The position numbers were made by a program, and so were the translations under genes. Under the pieces are notes generated by a model. The model was not told where the DNA came from. It did not search any database and was given only the letters and a program-made list of their open reading frames with translations. Below, one piece after another: positions 28,801 to 40,800 of a stretch of DNA of 64,000 nucleotides; the first letter of the stretch is position 1; every line of letters starts with the position of its first letter. The DNA comes from Tubiluchus corallicola (lineage: Eukaryota; Animalia; Priapulida): contig JAQGDQ010000004.1 in assembly GCA_030141605.1 (NCBI GenBank), positions 868,001-932,000 of the forward strand. The letters are read 5' to 3'.

Positions 28801-31800
28801 AATCTAGCTAGATCTCTTAATTTTCATTATACCGGCTTGCTATAATATATATTTTCCAACCTATCTAAAGAATCTTCCAGTGGGCAGCTAATCTATAAAT
28901 CCTTTTAAATTTACATCTTCATTTTTAGCATTTATTACATTGTAATGAGTGATGTGATGCAGTGTATTGCTTGTAAAAAATAAATTATTATTATTAGTAG
29001 TAGTAGTATTTGCACTGTTTCTAATTGCTTTTGTTTAAAAATCATTATTGCATTTGCTCTGTAGGAAATTTGTTGAAGCTTATTCATTAATTTGAAACTC
29101 ACTGCACAATCAATCTCTCTTACAGGAGCACTAGAGAAGCAACGGAAAATGTACGAAGAAGAACTGGAGAGGCTGAAGCGAGAGATTTCTCCTTGTTCAA
29201 CTCCTAGCATACCATACGGCTCTCTTTCTGATTTACAGCCCATGAAATTCACTTCTCATAGTAACTTAAATGCACGATTTCGACTAATAGCAGAAGAAAA
29301 GTTAGTATACCTGTTCTGATACTCAACATTTTAATTTTGTACATTAGCAGTATGAAAGTATTCATGTGTTGATGTACTGTGATTATTATGTGTCATAGTT
29401 TTTGTGCTTTGCAAGGTAATAAATGGTTTGTTTTTGCACTTTGGAGTTGTCTAATCACAGTTGCAACATTCAGCAAGTTTTTTTCTACAGAGATAAGATG
29501 TTCAAACAAAGTTTAGCAAAACTACGAGAAGAAGTTGTACGAGCAAATGCAGTTGTCAGGGAAGCAAATTACCTGGCTGAGGAACTGGGAAAACAGACAG
29601 AATTCAATGTCACTTTACAAATTCCTGCTGCTAATTTGAGCCCTAATAGAAAGGTATCATCTCCCAAGTTGCTGCACAATACATTCTATTAAACAGATAA
29701 CTATCACTATGAATTTGTATTTTTCTCTATATATTTAAAGTTTTGCGCCAAATTTGATGTTTTTTAGGTCATATGAATAAGACAATTTAAATTAGTAATA
29801 TAAAAAATACCTAAAAATTGTTTTTACCCATATAAGTCAAACAATTATATACATAAGGTAATGTAACTATTACACAAGTCACACTTGCATTCCACCATTA
29901 ATAATGTTGTACACTGTAACGGTCACGTAATTACTTAGGACTGTAAAGTGTTTTGTTGTTCAAGTATTTTATATTACTTTTGATATAACGCTGGTCTTAA
30001 CATTACTAAGAGTTGTTACATAATTAAAAATTTGCTTTGTTATTATTATTTTATACAAATTTAGCTTATAACCCATTTTAACCCATTGCAAGAAAGTGTA
30101 TAATTTTCATTACATTTCAGAGAGGAGCATTTGTTAGTGAACCAGCTATTCTCGTCAAAAGAAAAGGAAAGGGAAAACAAGTGTGGAGTTTGGAGAAACT
30201 GGAAAATCGGATCATTGACATGCGAGAAATGTACGAAGAGAGAAAAGAGGATTGCGGATACACAAAGGTAAGGTATTTTAAATGTAATACTTGGGAGCTT
30301 TTCCTAGTTATGGCTTTTTAGCATAAATAAACTGACATAACTATGATATATAACCGATGGATGTTCTCATCTAATGCAAGAACTATAATGACTGACGTGC
30401 GATAAATTGGTTGTTAGTCTTTTACTCTGTGTATCCTTGTGCTAGCCATTATCTGGTACTGAGCTTTTCTTTTACACTGAAGTGACTGAACCTAGAAAAA
30501 AATACAAATTAGTGTAGGAGTGTTAATTACTGTAAATGCTATCTTCCAACAATCAGTCTCAATACTTCAAAAAAAATTATTTACTTGTGACTGCTTTAAA
30601 TGACAAAGCCTGCTGTGCACATTTGTTTAAAAAAATAGTTCCGCTGCAAAACACCAGATAGGCATATCTCGTTTAAGCAGTGCTTGCTTTCTTGCTTTTT
30701 GTTAAAAAAATACTGTGCATTATAGTGTAAACCTACAATTAATGAAGCCAAACAAGACTGAAAGAAAGAAATTCCGAAAAATTTGATAGCGAGACTTCAC
30801 ATTTCCTTCATTTTTGTCAAATTTGATTTCAAAAATGTAAAATGTGGTTTCTTTGCATCATTAACTAATCAGCTCAAAATTAAGATATTGATGATTAAAT
30901 ACTGTGCAACAGTTTTTTAAAGTGGTATTTTGTTTTTATACACTTTGTTTTCTCTAGTAACATAAGTGTTTTACTTCAAGGTGCATATTTATTGAAATGT
31001 TTTTGCTGTCTGCTGTACTTTGTACTAATTTACTTTTGTAGGAAGAGGAACCTTCTAGAGGATATGATCCTTTCTACGAGTCACAAGAGAACCATAATCT
31101 TATTGGTGTTGCTAATGTCTTCCTTGAAGTTCTATTTCATGATGCTAAATTAGATTATCAAGTTCCTATAATTAGCCAACAGGGAGATGTAAGTTTCATA
31201 TTATAATGAGACTTGTTGATAGAAACCCTGGTGTTGAAATTCAGAGGTTTAAAATAGTTTTCACTTCATTTTTCTAGAAATTCACCAACTATAATGTCAA
31301 TAAAACAATTGTAGTAATTTTGCGAATACAGATTGTATATGGATCAGTAATATTTAAATTTGCAGTCTTAAAACTGTGTAAGAGTGTATCTAGACAACTT
31401 GCAATGTTTTGCAACTGGTCTAATTTGATTAGCTTATAAAAATGAGCATTTTAGTTTTTATATATCTTTAATTTAATTTCAATTAATCATAAACCAAACA
31501 TTTTAACTGGTAAAATTGTTAAACACTTTTAGTTTTAAAGCAAAGCAATCACTAATTTCCTTTTTTATTTTTTACTGACAAGTACAAAGCAGTTAGCATG
31601 TATAGCAAATAAATCATCCTTTTTTCACAATTGTGTAGGTTGCAGGTCGTTTGCATGTGGAATTGTCGCGAGTATCCGGAACCCTAGGCTGTGACAGAAT
31701 TGGTGATGCGGAACTAGATGAGAGTGATCTGAGTCGCAGTGCTATGGATGATGACACCACAGCTAGTCAACAAATCACAGTTAAAGTATGCCTTACAATT

Positions 31801-34800
31801 CAAATTTTTGAAGACCACAGTGCAAGAGTTTGGTTTTTTGCTTATTTTTTGGTAAAAACGAAATGTCAAATGTGTTGTCTCTTTTTTGATGTTTGTGCAC
31901 TAAATTCATGGTCTGTTTTAGGTTGTGATTAAGGAGGCTTTACGATTGCCACCACATTTATCGAATTTTGTCTTTTGTCAATACAATTTCTGGGGTCAAA
32001 GCGAGGCAATTGTGGTCGCACCTGACATCAACCCTGAAGGCCTCATACAGATAGAAACGCCAAAACGAGGAGCTACATTCCATTTCAATCACGAAAACGT
32101 AAGCTGTTACTTTCTGTATACATGCTTGTGCATCTGTTATTCAAAAAAAATCTGTTTTTCTTTTATCTTTGAAATTTTAAAGTGATATAATCTGATATGA
32201 TTTCGAGTAAAGTTTAATCAAGTTTTTATTGAATTCAGTCAGCTTTCTTTTAGTGTAACTTACTAAGATTGGTATAGCAATGGGAAATCAAAAACTTGTA
32301 CAAACAAAGATTATGTGATTCCTTAGTGGGAAGTTAGCATTTGGAAATTGTGGAAATTCATTCCATCACCAAAATTTCATTGCAAGCAGATTTGTCATTG
32401 TAAAAAAACTATTAAAATGTTAAATGGAATATGATTTATCTTCCTGTAACAATTTTACTAGTCTGTAATGTATCTTTTTTCATAGGAAATAGTAGTCCCT
32501 GTGACTGATGAATTTATAGAGCATTGTATGGATGGTGCACTTTCTATTGAAGTTTGGGGACACCGTAGCACTGGTTTTGGCACATCAGTGCTTGGTGGTC
32601 TGGATATGATGGACAGTATTAATGCCAAGACCCGGTCTTTGTCTGACAGGTATGTAATTTTTAGTACAGAATACATGGGCATTTTCTTTCCACAGACCCA
32701 AATCTGGGTTTATCGTTGATACTGGCAAATTAAAGAGTGATTTGTATTTGTTTCCTGCAGGTGGCGAGAAGTAAAAAGACGATTGGAACTTCGAGTAGAA
32801 ATTCACGAGTTGAATGATCAAGGTGAATATGCACCTGTTGAATTAGTACCAAAACCAGAGATATTTACCGGTGGTGTATTTCAGCTCAGACAGGTATGAT
32901 TGTAAATTGTTTATAGTTTGCAAAATTAAGATTAAAGTACCGATTAATGCTCAAACTCTCTTTTTGTAAAGAGTGTTTTTAATCCTGTATTAATTATAAG
33001 TTATGGCAATATCAAATTGTAATTGTTAACAACCTCTGCTGCAATACAAAATTTTTCATGATGATATAAGTGTATGGCTGTGTGTTGTTTTACTGATATC
33101 GGCAATTGATTCCGTGGGCAAAGCAGTGTTTGTACACTACAAAAATGAGATTGATAAAGCAATTGTACCCATGTGAATTCATGCAATAATTAAAGCTCGT
33201 TATATATACAGGCACCGCTTAATAAACTCACATTGGGATGGAAAGAGTTTTGACCCAAATAACCAACTGATTCAATTAGCCGAGGGGTGTAGCCTATTAC
33301 TACCATAGAAATATGAGTCATCACTCATCTGTTTAGTATGCATTGCAAAAGCTTTAAATGAATTTTAGAAATGAATTAATGTCAAAATTCCTATGTGCAA
33401 TTATTTAAGAATGCTAATTTATTTAAGTGAATTAATAAAAAAAATAAAAAAATTGCACAAATCTGATTATTATGACTAAAAATTACATGCAAGGTCGGTT
33501 GCTTCATTTCTTCACAAAAAAATTGGTTATGAAATTCTCGTGATGATAAAAATGTTGAAAGTCTGTTGTTGTATGCTGCACATATTCACATAAAACACCT
33601 AGTCGCCTAGTGCTTTGACTGCAGTTGGTAAAGACCTTGTTTTCCCTGTGAATAGCAACAGGAGCTTCAAAAGCAAACGACTGGGCAAGTGATTAAATGT
33701 TTAGCTTCCAGAAACAAGGTTAATTGCAGTGGATAAGTGGGTGACAGATTCCAACTAAAACTGCTAGGTTAACATATGATAAACGTACTGTACCTGCTTA
33801 TAAACAAAGCTTATGACATAAAAGCAGTAAAAGCTCTTTAAGCTCACACAAGTGTGTTGCATTTAGTACGTGAAGGAAAAATAACGAGTCAATTATGCGG
33901 AGTTATTTTAGTATCAATTATCAACAGTTTATATATACATTTGAATAGGAATGGCCCATTCCAGAAATTTTTGATTCAATTAGGCAACTGATTCTATTAA
34001 CCTTGAGTCTAACTATAATTATTCAAACTTTCACTATGACTGAGACTTTGCACATTACACAGTTTAGCTGTTACTATTTCATGAAAACCACATTTGGGGT
34101 TATCATTGTTTTATGTACTATGTTTTGAACTAAGTTATTTGTTTTCTTTATTTTCAGTATGAGTTTGATAGCTCACATTCTTGTTTTTACAGGGTCATTC
34201 CAGAAGAATTCTTGTTCAAGTAAAACCTGTGAGAAACTCTGGAACTCTCCCTCTAATTTGTGAATCCATCACTTCCATATCTATAGGCAGCGTTTGCGCT
34301 CGATCAAAGTTGCAGAAAGGTTTAGATTCTTACCAAGAAGAAGATTTGAACCTTCTCAGAGAAAAATGGTCGGATGCTTTGTATAAGCGACGAGAGTACC
34401 TCGATGAACAAATACAGAAAATTATAAATAAAAAAGGTATCACTCAGTGAAAACTGATATGTTGCAAATAGCAGAAAGATTGTGCGAATTCATTTTTAGT
34501 GTGTGTGTGTGTGTGTGTACGTGCGTGCGTGCGTGTTGCGCATGCGTGCATATGTGCATGCGTGTGTACAGAAATTTCTCTCGTTATCTTTAATATGAGA
34601 TATTGAACAAACTGAAATGTCTTAAGCATTTTCACAAAGCAGTGGAAGGTGGACTTTCTGTGGCCACTGAAACTTCCTAGAGACAGTTTCCAGGAGGGTC
34701 ACCAATCCATTTACTGACAAAGGAGAATGTCAATTAACTTATTAATTAAACCCATTCTGTAATCATTTAGCTATTTCTACTCTACTGTTTACAAGGAAGC

Positions 34801-37800
34801 AGTTTTCTTGTAAGGAAGTTCTGTATGTAAGAAGCCTAAATCACTGTCCTGCTCCCAAAAGCCAAACTGACTGAGCCAAAATCGTTACTCATCAACATTT
34901 GTAAACTGGCAGAGAGATAGCGGTCATTGGTGTGCTGAAGCAATGACACATTGTAGGACCAGATGTTTGATGAGCAAGTATCCCGTATCAGACCCCGGCC
35001 AAATTGATGGTTTATATTCGCATTACAGATAAGAATGACTCTGATATAGAAAGAGAGCAGAGTTTAATAGATCAGTGGGTTTGCTTAACGGAAGAACGAA
35101 ACGCTGTTTTAGTTCCGGCTGCGGGATCGGGTATTCCCGGCGAGCCTGCTGATGGGACCCCAATGCCTGCTGGTATGGAGGAACATACACCTGTCATTTT
35201 CCTTGATCTAAATGGTTAGTATATTTTTATTATACAAATTTTTGTTCATATGTTCAGTAAAGTTTATTACTAGGAAGCAAGAAATTTTACCTTGTTTGTA
35301 TCAGGACTGCTAGTAGGTCAGCTGCGAGTTGACGAGGTTGAGCCCTAAACCACTTACCATCAATGTTGGTTGTTCATTTACAAAAGGAATATCTGATGAT
35401 TTAAGTCTTCCAACTCTACTGACCAGTTTTATTTGGCCATTTGATCGATCGACTTGTTAACCTTGCCCCAGTTTTCAGAAAAACTGTTACTGCATATAAG
35501 AGTTATAGGTGCATCACTTCCAATCCTATGAGATCGGTCGTGTAACATTCATACATCAGTTGGAATTTTAGTGTTCAATTTCGCTGACAATTTTTGTTGG
35601 TTGTTGCACGTAGATGTCTGTCAGCCTTCTAAAGCTCACAAAGAATTGTTTATCTTACTTGTAAGCATTTTTTACGGTTGAAATCTCCAGAATCATGCCT
35701 TATGACTGAAGCCATAGCATTCTGCCTTTGTTGGCAAAACATCGTTACATTTCATTTTACCTTCACTATTAAAAAAAACTAATGTATTTACTAAGTAACA
35801 TGAAATAAGAAAAAATGATTATTCTTCATATTGTCGCTATTTTATTGTGTGTTACTGTAGCTGATGACATGAGTACTTCCAATTATGATGGTCTACAAGG
35901 GGCTGGTATTAATTCTATTCTTCCCAAAGAACATGGAACTAAGTTTTTTTCCCTACCTATTGTAAAATATAGTGAACATGACCTATCCGATAATGGAGGT
36001 TGGACGCCCTCACATGATACAGCGCCAATGGAGGTAACTAGCATTCTGTAGATTAACATTAAATATTAACTTCTTCTATATATAATTTTTTATTTTGCAT
36101 TACATGCTAGATAGGTGCTGGTTATTTCTAAATATGTGATTATATAGTATTGTATTATTGATATTGTCAGAACTAATTTTTGCTTTTGGCTTTGATGATA
36201 CATACACACCAGAAGTGATAATAACTTTGAAGTCACAAATTATCAGACGTTTTCATATTATTAAGAATTCAGGCAAAACAAATTAAAGTCTACTTATTAC
36301 TTTCTACAGGTATGTGCACTTGCATCATGGGACTCTTCTATCCATGACTCACCATTTCTGAACCGTGTGACCCCTGCCAATGAACGTGTGTACCTTATTT
36401 TAAGAGCAACTGTTCAGCTCAGTCATCCGGCTTACTTGGAACTAATTCTTCGCAAGCGAATTTGTATTAATGTTTACAAAAAGCAGAGCTTTACTGAAAA
36501 GATTTTCAAGCGGATTGGCATGCAATGGGAAACTCAACATACAGCTAGCGTCATGTATGAAGTCGTCTCAAACATTCCCAAGGTGAGACTATTTTATCTA
36601 GGTAATTGAAAATAATGGCCTTTAACAACGGCGTTGATTGAATATCGGTATTGTAAACGAAGGTTTACATGTACGCCTAGGAACACTTATTTGAGTAACT
36701 TATTCGATTCCATTTTTCGAACTATATTGTCAGCAGTATTATTACTATTATTTTCATTATTATTATTGTGGGCATCACTATCTTCATGAAATTTCAGTCC
36801 TAGAACTGAAACTGAGTGATTGTTGCATTTGCTTTACCAAGTGTGTTGCTAGCTGCATTTCTGTCTTAGTTTTGATTCACTTTATAAAGTTAACACTTTC
36901 AGGCTTCTGAGGACATCGAAGATAGAGAAACTTTAGCACTAATGGCAGCAGCATCAGGTGCAAATGCTGACCAAGAACAAGATGGTCAGTCTTATATAGA
37001 ACGCTACATACATGGAGTGTCTGCTGTAGAAAGTATTCTAACTCTTGACAGATTAAGACAGGTAACAAAACCAAATCATTTTCTATTGTTTTGATGTACT
37101 TATCTGTACGCTTACTGAAATTGTGAGTGTAAAAATGGAATGGTAACTAGTTTGCCATGCCAAATATCATTGCAAGTCCTACCTAATCTAGTTGGCAAAA
37201 GAAATCAAACACATAGTTATACATGTTCAGTAACTACTTGCTTTGTATAATTGTATCTTATATTTCTCTTGCAGGAAGTAGAAGTGAAAGAACTTCTTGC
37301 TGCGAGTGGGAAAACCATTCGTAAAACAGCCAGTGTGCCTAACATTTCCAACGTAAGCTCTTGATATCCATTAACCTTATAAAGCACTTTATATCAGTCT
37401 TTACTAAGTGGAGCTCTGTGCATGACCTGGGAATAGTCTGCGCTCCCTGCTTGCATTTACAGAGACCGTTGTTGAGGCATGACTTATTTTATAAGGCGCT
37501 GCATGTGGAAAACTTTATCGGCTTCTATATATGATTGCTGAACTATTGCAGTAAGACTGACAATATGTTAGTAGTAAAGTTTTTTAGTACTGTTTAGCAA
37601 TGATTTTTGTAATTGATGTGAATAGCATGGTCGTGACAATGCAAATGAACTGCTAATGTAAAGCATGTTGCGTTGATAACCTATTGTACTCTCTTGCAGA
37701 AATTTGGTTTGCTCGGTAGTCTTACTCAACCTAGTCCAGTTGCTAAATTAGAAACAGAGGTATTATATTGCAAGCAGCAACATTTAAATTAATACTTTTG

Positions 37801-40800
37801 CTTTTTTAACTTGTGCATGTTACCAGCCATTTTATTTTTCTGACATATTTTTCAATATTGTTGAAAGATTGCAAAATCATGCCTGATGATTATAAATAGT
37901 TTCATAGCATGACAATCCAAAATAGAATTGCTAGTTTAAATATCCACTTTTGTGCAACACATTTTAAAATTATTTTCAGTGGCAGTTATTACAGACTACT
38001 TAGCTCAAAATCATCCATTGTGCCTTTTCAACAAAAACTTTTTTAACATTTATTGAGTCGGCTAGTTTTATTTGCATAAAATAAATGTTTCAATTCCATT
38101 TTTAAGTTGCTAAATTCATTTTTAGGATTGTTAAAGATACTAATGTTCTTGCATTCTAACTGAGTATACCAAAAACTTTAACTGACTCCTAAAAGTTAAA
38201 CGGAAGTACAAAATCAACACAAAAAATGTTACTTCATTTCTAATTAAACTGGGACTTGTAAGTGATTCAAATCTGAGTGGAGTAACATTTTTTCGTGTTT
38301 GTTTTTATATTTCTCAATCTCCCCAATTTGATTTTAGATTAATTTCATTGTTAAGTTCACTGCTGATTTTATACACATCTCATGCACATTATTTACGTAT
38401 TAGATTAGTATTTACAAGCAGTGTGTAAAACCTGCATTAAGTGATTTTTAATTTATTGCATTTTGTCAAATTCAGAGCATTTTAGTGTAGTTAACGAAGT
38501 TATTACTCTGTTGCATATACAAATACAATTACATCAGAAGGAAAAGTGCAGAAAGTTTGTGCAAATTGCCATATGTTTTCTTCACATAATTTTCATGTAG
38601 TGTTTTTCACTGTGGAACAAGCTTATAAATGTTTATGTGTTTACTTGCACAGTGTCGAGCAGAAAGTGTAACCGATGTGTCACGCATGTCGCCTGATTTT
38701 TCCATTCCGTCACACCAGTATGTCACGTCCTGGGAAAAAGAGTTCAGACGCAAATCACTTTCAGACACATTACGTAATAAAGGTGACCGTGCGCCGAACA
38801 AAGATTTGAAAACTCCATTTAGCAGTCTTGGTAAGTGCAGATAGAAGCCTTTTTCATGTTATTTGCAATACTTTAATTATTTTGCTGCACTAATTGAGAG
38901 AACCTTTACAAGTAGCAGTCAATGAAGGAAAATAAAGCATTATAACAGGATGTGTACATAGTGCTTACAAACTCTCTCTGAGTCTTTCAGTGCATTTTGC
39001 ATTAATTAAACTATTTCTCTAAATTTTTTTATGAATTATTTTTCATGCAGCACGACCTACTTTTCTGAATCTTCGCCCACAAACGTACGTGAGCGCTAAG
39101 TCCAAATCTGCTCCTGCTGATGACAACTCTTCAACATTTATCGGTTAATTTTTTCTTCCAAGTGTATATGTTGCATGGTTGCTGTTAATGTAATTCATTT
39201 TTTAGACTAATTGCAACCATTAGCTTGAGTTTTAATTGTAGTTTACTGTGCATGCAGCAGGGCTACTTTTCTCGTCTTCAACAAACACATATTTTGATTC
39301 ATGCAACAGAATGCATCATTTCAATAAATCATAACGCTTTACAATTTGGTTTTGTTTACTGTTAGTCATATGCATTACCCTAATCTCTAAAAATGTGGGT
39401 GTTCATTCGTTGTCAATTTTTGCACTTGCAGTACACAGATCTGTGACTTTCAATGAACCGCCTAGCACTAAGCCATCAGTATTTCAAACATTTTCACACC
39501 TGTAAGATACTGCTATAGTTCTTACAAAAACTGAGCATGATATTTTGATTAACATACTGAATGTACTAGTAGTCTCAAGCATCATTTGTCATGTTTCCTG
39601 TTACAAGCAGTTAAAGTTTTCTGCTACCAAACTTCATAATGGTGAAATGTTGAGCTCAGAATACATGTAATGCAGATTTGAGATCCCTGATAGAAGGGTG
39701 ACAATTGCCAGGCGTAAATATCCATAGCCAGAAACTCACTTTGGGAAATGCTGTTACTGAATCAAAGTCTGTCAAATGTGATTGCTTTTCTAGTGTTTTA
39801 ACTAGATAGTGTTTTCAAGGAAGTAAGAATAAAATTGATATGTTTTCTGGAATGCTTTGACAAATTCTGCTGGCAATATTTTGACTTCATTTAACAATGA
39901 CATCAGTTTTTTTGTCTTTTTAATTTGACTGGTACTTCTATATTTGCTTGGCTACTTAATATTACCAAGTTTTTGCTTGGCAGAAAACAGTGATCGCTTC
40001 CTGCAGACTTACTATAGATCTCCATTACTATAATAAACCATCTTTTTGTTGTGAATGGTGAATGTGTGTGTCATTTGCATATATTGCTTAAATCTGAAAT
40101 ATACATGTTATAAAATAACTTATTTGTATTTAAATAAATAAATGTAATAAATGTATTTAAATTTCCTTTCTTGAGTTTGTTTAAATAAAATCAGTTTTCA
40201 TAGTTAAGTTTTTGGTAAACATTGTTATTGTAATAGCTTACTATATATAGTATTTATGATTTCTTGGCTTGTTATAATATAACAGAAAATTATTAATTGT
40301 GCAACATTCTTATTATTTTTTGGAAAATATTTTAGCTATTTTGTAATAGGCCTTCACAAAGCATTGCTTCAAAATTCAGCATTCTGACTATAGTTATAAG
40401 TGTCTGATGTCTGTTTAGGTATTATGCCAAAATCAGGAGCAAGTCCACAAACTGGAAAAGCTGTAACTCATCTTTCCACCCTTTTGGAGGAGCAGCAGCA
40501 CCGAGCACAGCCAACTTTGTTGGAAAAATATGACAAAGAAAATGTAAATACGGCTTTTTGCATTTTATGTGTAGTCAGTGACTCATAATAGTTTAAAATT
40601 GAAAAAAAAATCATTTGCTAAACAATGTTGTCTTTATTTTCAGATTTTTGGAAATAATTTGGACAATTCTACAAAGAACATGCTTTTAGAAAATGGTGAT
40701 GCTTTTTCTCCAAGTGAAGACTATGTAAATTTTGTCTCGTATGATAGTCGGCCGAACACAAAAGAAGGTTTCAGTCGAATGGGAACTTTTGACAACATCC

